Part shown: positions 54,484-64,000 of the stretch, in pieces | How positions within the stretch are numbered: position 1 is the first letter of the stretch | Layout of the letters: the number at the start of each line of letters is the position of its first letter | From: Octopus vulgaris | Taxonomy: Eukaryota | Assembly (NCBI GenBank): GCA_951406725.2 | Contig: OX597817.1 | Location: 117,924,001 to 117,988,000 of the forward strand | Length of the DNA stretch: 64,000 bases | Direction: 5' to 3' | Made by a program: the position numbers and the translations under genes | The notes under the pieces: model-generated | Database searches by the model: none | Told to the model about the DNA's origin: nothing | The model's input: the letters and a program-made list of their open reading frames with translations, nothing else

Positions 54484-54884
54484 GTATGCATGTAACTATA
54501 TCGATATATATGTACCTACTTCCATACTAAATATTGGATATTGGATACAGTTTACTTAGATATTTCGTATCTGTTGACCATTTAAAATTTAACAGTATCT
54601 TCGATACTAGAAATTGTCATAACATATCTATAACTTTATATCTTTTATATCCAGCTTTTTTATAAAATTAATTGCATATTTCGAAATACTTGCGTAATAA
54701 ATTATTGTCTGTGTGTGCATCTATATATATATGTGTGTGTGTGTTTGAGTGGGAGTATGTATATACATGGCTGAGTGTTTGCCTGTCTATATATTTGTGC
54801 CTGCATGTGTACATAGGTTTAGCTATATATGCATTTATGTATATACATATGTACGTACGTATGTATGTGTGTATGTATGTCCCA

Positions 54885-55203
54885 GCTACATGGTTTCGTG
54901 TTTTGTCCCACTGTGGGACACCTTGGGCAATCGTCTTTTGGGGCAAGAACTTGTTCAGTGTATCTGGTAGACGGAAACTGGAAGAATCCCGCCATATATA
55001 TCTATATCTATATATATGTTTGTGTGGGTGTGTGTGTGTTTGTTCCTCACCACCGCTTGACAACCTGTGTTGGTGTGTTTACGTCCCCATGACTTAGCTG
55101 TTCCGTAAAGACACCAATAAAATAAGTACTAGGCTTAAAAATTCCTGCGATCCATTTGTTCGACCAATGCCCTTCTACTGGGCCGCAGTCAAATTACTGA
55201 AAC
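54885..55203 (+). mobile_element. 5'-truncated diverged SINE family A
   Basis: CACCTTGGGCAA...GGTAGACGGAAACTG...GGTGTGTTTACGTCCCC...GGCCGCAGTCAAATTACTGAAAC. Confidence 0.8.
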
Positions 55204-56325
55204 AGATGTTACATAATATACACTTATTTTCTATCATCTTGCTTTCATTATTTTATTTCTTAATAATTTTAGATATATATTATGGATATATGTTTTGGAT
55301 TATTCATACGCTTTACCTAGTCTCTTAGAAGTTGTTGGCCAATTACATCTTAACCCTATTTCAGGTATTAACATTTGTTACAAAGTATCTGTGAGCTGAT
55401 TTCTTTTTATTTTATCCAGCTGTTTTATACCATTAATTATATCTTTCTAAGCACTTTTTGAATAAGTTCATCTCACTACATATCCTTCTGAGAAATTCTC
55501 ATCGCATTTGTTTAATTTATATAATTTTATATACTCCGACTTATTATTGTAATTCTGTTTTTACTTTCTCTTTCATCCTCACCCATTTTAATTTAACTTA
55601 CGCTTTATTTGTATTTTTATTGATATTAATCTCTATATTTCATAAACATATCTGCAAATTTCTCTCTCATTCCGTGAAATTTCATTTTCATTTCTCTCTC
55701 TATCATTAATGTCAGTAGGTTATTAACAACAATCCACCTAACCCCTCTCGCTCCTTCTCTCTTTCATATCGTACATCATCTGCACATTCGCCACCACCAA
55801 CCTTAATGTTCTTTTTAAAATCTTACAAAATCTCTCCCTCCGTTCTTTATAAAATAATCTCTTCCATACATTAAATATTGGAAGATGATCTTATGTATGT
55901 GTTACTGGAGTTGAAAGATTGATGTAACCATGATATTTTGTTGATCAAATGAACAAGACTTCTATATCTGCATTCGTTTGTAAAATGTACAATAGACCTA
56001 TGCTATTTATAACATACGCACAAGTGGAGACACGTAAAAAAATTTATTATACACTAATTTTGCATTGTGCTTGCTGCGAAACGGCCGTCATCCTATGGAT
56101 ATGTACTGGTGAAATAAATATATTCATCTCATATATCCTGACATTTTTTATATTTTATATACACGTCATAACACAATTTCTACTGATTGGGTTTACAGGT
56201 GTTCACTGCACAGGTTTCTACATTACATTCCTACGTATTGATTTACTATGTGGTCTGTAACCTTGTCCACTAAAGGAGCGTTTTTGTGATTACCACTGTA
56301 TTATATAAATCCATATATTGTACAT

Positions 56326-56376
<51 letters not shown>

Positions 56377-58046
56377 GGTGATTCAGCAGTTCAAACTTCC
56401 ATTTGCTAAGTGCATTATTTATTTGTACGCATTTGTGTTGTATGATGTAAAAACGTATCTATTATGAGATTTTTTTTAAATCTTTGAATGGTTGACGGAT
56501 CTTTATAGACTCTCCTCTACAAGTCAACAGGTATCATAATAAAATCTGTACATTATAATCTCAAGTGCTACACGCAAATTCATGAAAGTTTAGGAAATGC
56601 ATAAGAATACAAGACATTAAGAAAAAAATTGAATATATAATCACGTGAAACTTTTTGACATTTTTAACTGAACTCTGCCTGAATAAAAATGACTTATGGT
56701 TCTGTATATTTGACGCCAATATTTGTTTCGTTTTCATAATCTCTCTCTTACGCTCAGGTTTTTTTCTATCCTTTTACACACATTCTCTCTCACAAATGTG
56801 TCTATACTTTCAAGTATTTATGTTTCTGTCTATTTCCAGATATTTTGGCAGTTCTGCTTAATAGCAAATATATCTAGATATAATGTTGTGTTCGATTAAT
56901 CTTCTTTAATTTTAAAGTAATATAAAACTTACGTATTTTCGAATCAATGTTTACATATATGAATACAGTTTTATATATGTTTGTGTGTGCGTGGTTTCGT
57001 GTGATTTTGCTTGCTTTTAGAATTTTGTTATGTTTATATTTGCTTTCCAAACATATATTTGTACCATCCTCGTTATACCATTATATGTGAGAATTCATAA
57101 AGAGAAATAACTTTAGCTAGGAATTAGACATCATTGACAGTCTAGTGAGATTTAAATGCACACAAAAGTAAATTTGGACAACATTACGTTTTATGGGTGA
57201 CTAGAACTGGAGCCACTGGAACAAATAATCAAATTTTCTTTTATTGATATTGATTTTATTTTAATCTTCCAAACCACAAATATTTACACATAAATACGCT
57301 GGTTGTAACTCCAAGTTCAAAGGAATATTGAATTTTTAGTCCTGTATCATAAAAAAATGTTTAACAGAAAGAAATCATTTAAGTAGATTCACAAATATTT
57401 TAAATCAGTAAATTAAATTTTATTTTGGCGATATATACAATGGTTCGTAGTTTCTATTTAGTCCTGGAGATCTGCATTATTTAGGATTGTTCACATATTT
57501 CCGCGTAGTTCTACATTTATATTACTAAGTTTCAGAATTTCCTCCACTTCTGCAATTTTATCGACGTAAAAGTATTCGACTTCACTTCTAGATTTATCTG
57601 CAATATCTTATATACTTCGCAGGTAATACTAAAATCTAAAAACATTTTTAAAATTTAGTATCCATAAAATTTCCTAGATATGGGGAGCGCAAATATAATC
57701 AGATATGTCGGAATTTGATGTTCTTCCATTGTTGTCAGATGCTCGTAAGCAAATAAATGTAAACCTTAACTGCAACGAATATAATAATGGTAAGAAATTT
57801 AGTATACGTTAGAAGAATAAATATATATTTTTTAAGACATCATATGTCGTGTACTTTGTATCCAAAATATGTTTGTCTTAAGAGAAGTAAATTAATTCAC
57901 ATTCATACGCACAACATATAACGTCTCTAAAGTTTTGTTCAAATGACGCATAATTTCAAATTTTCCATCTCATTTCATTGGTGTAGACAGAAATACGCAT
58001 TTATGCATATACAAGTACACACAAATTATATATATATATATATATA

Positions 58047-58434
58047 GGCGTAGGAGTGGCTGAATACCAACCACATGATTCCGGGTTCAGTCTCACTGCA
58101 TAGCACCTTGGGCAAGTGTATTCTACTATTGCATCGGGCCGACCAAAGCCTTGTGAGTGGATTTGGTAGAGGGAAACTGAAAGAAGCCCGTCATATATAT
58201 ATATATATATATATACGTGTGTGTATATACGTGTGTGTATATGCTTGTGTGTCTGTGTTTGTCCCCCAAACATCGCTTAACAACCGATGGTGGTGTGTTT
58301 ACGTCTCCGTAACTTAGCGGCTCGGCAAAGAGACCGATACAATAGGTACTAGAGTTACAAAGAATAAGTTTTGGGGTATATTTGCTCGACTAAAGGCGGT
58401 GCTCGAGCATGGCCACAGTCAATTGACTGAAACA
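58047..58434 (+). mobile_element. Full-length SINE family A
   Basis: Colinear with 44397-44803, starting GGCGTAGGAGTGGCTG after a TA run. Confidence 0.88.
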
Positions 58435-59696
58435 AATATTGCCACACATATAGGCACACACATAAACAAAATGTATATGTGTTTATGTGTCTATGCATTT
58501 GCGTGTGCGTGTATGAGAGCCTGGGTAGAGGGTTGGCTATCGGTTTATGACGATGAGGATGTTGTTGTTCGATTAAACTACCATTGAAATAAAGTATAGA
58601 TACTTGAATGTTTCATACATATACATGTATCGTTCACGTACTCCACGAACAAAGGATGCTTCTCATGTGGGTTGCTGATGTATTTCATTCATACCAATTC
58701 ATCTTCATTACTGGAAATTCTATATACTATTTTAAATATAAAATCTCTTTTCTCTTTCAGATTCGAGAACTCGACTGCATGTTAGTGGATTATGTCGCCG
58801 AAAATCAACGTAGCATACGTCCAAGAAGAGCACGAGGGCACGAGTTAGCAATCCACCATTTCAACATATTCACACAGTATACCTACCACCTGACAATCCT
58901 CGACGTCCTACTTGTGGCTGTCACAAACAACATCTCACTTTCTGCCGCTGTTACATACTAGGTTTTAATATTAAAAGACCGGTCAGTTTCACATAACTGC
59001 TTCCAACTAAACTGATTTCTTACCTCGCCCCAACCCGCCCCGCATTACACCCCCAACGTATTACATCATGCCTAGAAATACATCTCGGAAACTACGTACA
59101 TCTATTCATCTATATAAACTGAACATCGCACACACACGTACACTCTAGTGTGGTTACCACTTGCGGGACTACTAACTTCAGAAACACACGCGCTAACAGA
59201 CATTTTGAGGCAAACAGAACGCCAGCTGATGCCATCAAACAGATCTCTAGATATCACTTGCGCGTCAATTTTCAAGCATCTTTTTTCCACCTCTTTAATT
59301 TTCTCTGTCCTCTGTACTCTGTGTAAGTTTGACCTATTGAGATCAATTTCAATATATGTATACTTAAAAATTCATCAGCTGGAAATCTTCACATTTTGCT
59401 TTCTCACATTTTGCATGTATACATATATACATATTTTGTAATTTATACGCAAACTATGATATTAAATATATTTAATGTGTCCAATTTTTTTAATCCTCAT
59501 AATTGCATAATTGTCTCTATTCCCGCTCAACCTGATCCGTCTTATAGCCTTTCTGTACCTTGTGAATTCGATCCCATATGAAAACATCAATGTTGGAATC
59601 TTCTGAGTACTACGGAGTGTCTCTGACTCTCATCTATTGACTAAATATATGCACACGCACGCGCACACATACATACATACATACAGACACACACAG

Positions 59697-59746
<50 letters not shown>

Positions 59747-59753
<7 letters not shown>

Positions 59754-59915
59754 TTAGATAAAACCACTATTAGGCAAATCAAACAGTGAAAAACATAAAC
59801 CTAAATCTAATAGTGGTTTTATCTCTAATTTAATTTATATTTATACTGTAAAATTAGATTTAATCCTAAATCTAATTTTTTCCTGTAAGTTTGGATTTAC
59901 TCCCTAATATTATTA
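59747..59915 (+). mobile_element. Very short 3'-end insertion of the 7545 element family, with a mini 5' inversion
   Basis: 59809-59912 resembles the reverse complement of 7552-7660. ATAAAACCACTATTAG (59758) is inverted at CTAATAGTGGTTTTAT (59807). (TA)n flanks both sides. Confidence 0.75.
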
Positions 59916-59953
59916 TATATATATACATACATACGTACGTACGTACATTCACC

Positions 59954-59989
<36 letters not shown>

Positions 59990-60443
59990 CCGAAGATGAT
60001 ATTTGATAAATTCTTTTGTGTTTATATTTTTAAAAAATGATATTTATCACGTGAAACGTTGTGCGACTTCCGGTTATGTGACTGAATAAAGAGGTACAGT
60101 AAGCATATGCAATCATATTACTTCCAGTGTAGAATCTTTTATTTGAAAGTATGTGCATCACAATATATTTACATCATGCAGGCTTGAATTTCTTTACGTG
60201 CTATGATGTATCTTATTGTATTGTTAAATGATGCCATACAAAATACAGCTTTTCATCGCCCCCCCACACACACACACACACAAACACACACACATATATT
60301 ATTGCATCGTCCTCAACAAAATGTTGATATTCGGAAAGCATTTTCCATGATTTATGCTGGATGAATTTTACGTGCAACTGTACTGGCAATTAACAATTCA
60401 AAATATGAAGGTAAATAATATTTCTGACTATATATATATATAT

Positions 60444-60509
<66 letters not shown>

Positions 60510-61046
60510 AGCAGTCACGATATTTTCAGAAAACCTACAAAATACCGAGTGTACACAATAAAAAATAGAGGGTAAAACAGGTAGACAAAGAAGGACAAAG
60601 AGGCGGATTGATAGAGCTGATGTAGTATATATAATATATACAAAAACGTACACAAATTATAAACAAGAAGGTAGTAATACCGCAGTTGTAAGAAAACAAG
60701 AGAAAATGCGGTAACAAGAAGGAAAAAAAAAGAAAAGAAGAGGGAACGAAAAAAGGAAAACTAAAAACAAATAAAAATTACTCTTAGTAAGAAGCTAACA
60801 TACGGACGTGAGAGCTTCAGGCGCAACACACTTCAATGATAATGCTGTAGAAAGAAAGATTTTCTGAGCATTCCTGTTGGTCAATAAGGTTTTTGACAAT
60901 GCTTGTAGTCCCACTGATCTGCCCACTTAAGCAAACACATTGAGACACACACAACTCTCTTTCTCTTTCTCCTTCTCTTTCCTCTCTCTCTCTCCCACTC
61001 TGTTTCTCTGTCTGCTTGTCTGTCTGTCTGTCTCTGTCTCTCTCTA

Positions 61047-61113
<67 letters not shown>

Positions 61114-61245
61114 ATATTTCGGAATGGTCATATTGCCAGTTTAGCCAATAAAAACACACGCACTATATATTTGGTGTTGTTTTGCTTCAGTGATATTTCA
61201 ACACACGACTTCACATAAAAAATCTTGCACAACAAATATTTAAAC

Positions 61246-61467
<222 letters not shown>

Positions 61468-62558
61468 AGAGAGAGAGAGAGAGGAAGATAGCTAGCTAGT
61501 TCGATAGATGCATGGATAAATGAATAGATAAATATAGATGTGGCTAGCTTATGGGGTAACCCAGTGTTTCACGTCCATAAAGCGCTTAGCTTATTAGCGT
61601 ATGTTCAGACTCTGAACCTGTTGGCCTGATTTGACCAGGTTTAGGGTCTGAGGAAACTGACCATATCTATCTTTATCTATATATCCTCTGCTGCTCTATA
61701 ACTTAGAGTATGCTTCTTTTTCGGATTCAGGATTTACTGACGATCACCAGCGCACTGCTCACATATACACACATACACACACACACACACATATATACAT
61801 GCACATACTCATACACACACACACGGACACACTCACACACACCCGTACACGCAATCACAGACACACACTCGTACACACATGCCCTCCCATACACACATGG
61901 ACACGCGCACGCATATGTATGCTCATGCTCACGCACAGATAGATAGCAATTTATTCAACATTTATCGAGCATAGAAGACGGTTTAGCTGTCTTTGAGAGA
62001 ACCATTATATGGATGAATGTGTGCGTTTGTGAAGAAAACAAAGAGAAAACCAAAACCGCTATCTTATGTATAAAAAAACTGATATAGTCAGTATTTAAAG
62101 CACACACATTTACGTTTAAACACACACACACATACAGATATACACACACTGACACAATCATCTCTGACAGGTTTCAGATGAATCTCAACGCAGGAATATA
62201 AGTTGAAAACATATGGTGGTACAGCGAGACGTGTCACTGGAGATTGCAAAAATGTGATGAAATAATTATTTGACAAATGAAAAAAAACATGACAACACGA
62301 ACAATACTAAACATGTGAAAGATTTAGCTGTTTGAACAAAATGTTTAACATATGGGTTTGTTAAACTAGTAAAAAAAACGGCTGATCGATAAATTGGTTA
62401 ACGGAGTAACTAAACCATTAATTAACAATAACAATAACGGATCGAACCAGTGCGTGTGTTTATTATTACCGGCATAGTGCTCCTCCCAAGGTTCAGTAGC
62501 ATTTCTTTCAACACACGAATTCACATCAATAATCATGCAAACCGAGTACAAATACGAG

Positions 62559-62632
<74 letters not shown>

Positions 62633-62636
<4 letters not shown>

Positions 62637-63215
62637 TAATATTAAGGGATCAGCAAAAGAAATGCATCACCACATACCGAAGTTCAGAAATAGCAGCCAA
62701 AATCTAAGCCATTTCTTCTACTTAAAAAAAGGTCTACTAGAGAAACCATAATACTTGAATCTTATTCATCCAGGCAAAGGGTATCGTAAAGAAAATCAAT
62801 CAATATCCGATTATCCATAGACGCGCGTTTCGGAATTAAGTTTTAAATAAAGAATATCCAAAAATATAAACTTTACTAACCACATTCCTTCTCAGTATGG
62901 ATTTTCTGCAATAATCCGAAGGTACTAAAACATTAGAACGACTCCTACATTGAAGGAGTTTATATTTTTGGATATTCCTTATTTAAAACCTAATTCCGAA
63001 ACGCGCGTCTATGGATAATCGGATATTGATTGATTTTCGTTACGATACCCTTTTGGCTGCTATTTCTGAACTTCGGTATGTGGTGATGCATTTCTTTTGC
63101 TGATCCCTTAATATTAGTATTACTAGAATTTACCGTATAACGGTCCTGTTTTCATACCGAATTCTACTTGGGAAATTTATTGATTACTTCGTAATTAATT
63201 AGTTTTACTCTTAAT

Positions 63216-63218
<3 letters not shown>
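62633..63218 (+). mobile_element. Non-coding PLE-type fold-back element in (TA)n
   Basis: 62633-62872 is the reverse complement of 62957-63120, apart from a ~75-bp segment present only in the left arm. The right arm continues as a tail to 63218. Confidence 0.78.
62945..63014 (+). ncRNA. Degenerate hammerhead-like motif
   Basis: CTACA-TTGAA-GGAGTT...AATTCC-GAAA-CGCGCG-TC-TATGG. The 3' half is clear; the CUGANGA box is incomplete. Confidence 0.5.
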
Positions 63219-63250
<32 letters not shown>

Positions 63251-63251
<1 letters not shown>

Positions 63252-63278
63252 TAGTGGAACCCGTGGAAATTCCACAGA
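63251..63278 (-). mobile_element. Helitron-like 3' terminus (element probably extends to the right)
   Basis: CTAG next to the hairpin GTGGA aat TCCAC; abuts a TA run. Confidence 0.5.
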
Positions 63279-64000
63279 ACGAAAACGATTGAGAGGAGCT
63301 ATTTAAGAAAGAAAGGATGATTTTAATTTATATTTTTATTTTCATTTTGCTAAGTTATTTCACTTTCAGTCACAATAATATATCATATGATTTTAAAATT
63401 TCTCTCTGCTAAACACTATTTTTCTCTCATTCTCTACCACAAGAACAAACTTTTTAACCGTGTAATTCTTCTTTTCGTATCTTTAACAGTTTCTCTTTTT
63501 CTTCACCTCTCACTTTCACTAACCACATGCGTGACAGCATAATGCATCGGCTGGCTATCTGTTCTATCTTTCTTTCTCACATTCCCTCTTTCCCTCTCTT
63601 AGTCTACCTCCTCCCTCTAATTAACAAATTAAAGCGTAAAGTGTGAAATAACAGGTAGGAGAATAATACTACACATTTAGTTTGATTAAAAAATTGTTCT
63701 CTCTACCAACACACCACCACAATAACCATCATCATTGTCATCACTATGTTTCATTAACAATGCTCGTTTCATTTCATTTCAGATGAGCCATTTTTTTTAT
63801 ATCTACTTTTTCTTGCTGTCAATGTAACTCTATTCTGACAATACAAACACTATCGGCTTCTCTGTCTCTCTTTCTCTCTCTCACTCAGTGTAACTGCCTC
63901 CTTTGTCCATCTCTCTCTCCATCTACCTTTCTTTAACCTTAGCACCAGAACATGACCTTTTGCTACATATTTTATAGTAAATATATTTCTTCCTCTTTAC

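Noticed and set aside
56070-56115. GAAA-CGGCCG-TC-ATCC hammerhead 3' half
   Set aside because: The palindrome and GUC are present, but there is no CUGANGA box on either side.
59988-60070. CCGAAGA...GAAACGTTG possible hammerhead
   Set aside because: No UH triplet with matching stem I.

Overview
This is AT-rich eukaryotic non-coding DNA, saturated with (TA)n, (CA)n, (GA)n and (TAA)n microsatellites. The repeat landscape suggests a cephalopod (Octopus-like) genome; that assignment is inference. I could not support any host protein-coding gene, and nearly all listed ORFs are microsatellite translation artefacts. The window holds a GIY-YIG Penelope-like element (PLE) fragment with an inverted 5' pseudo-LTR, a second PLE RT remnant, CR1/L2 LINE fragments, R4/Dong-type LINE remnants clustered in (TAA)n, Helitron and mariner remnants, MITE-like elements and two SINE families. 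The main signal is about 15 short type I hammerhead-ribozyme motifs, read by eye, from several sequence-distinct families. Three have fully canonical cores with intact stems and the rest are variant or decayed. Almost all have a palindromic stem III, implying dimeric folding. They sit in non-coding elements inserted in (TA)n, either as fold-back units (inverted arm + body + arm + tail) or as partial tandem units of 140, about 348 and 354 nt. This suggests a population of non-autonomous ribozyme retroelements (retrozymes) mobilised by PLEs. Cleavage activity and novelty are untested.
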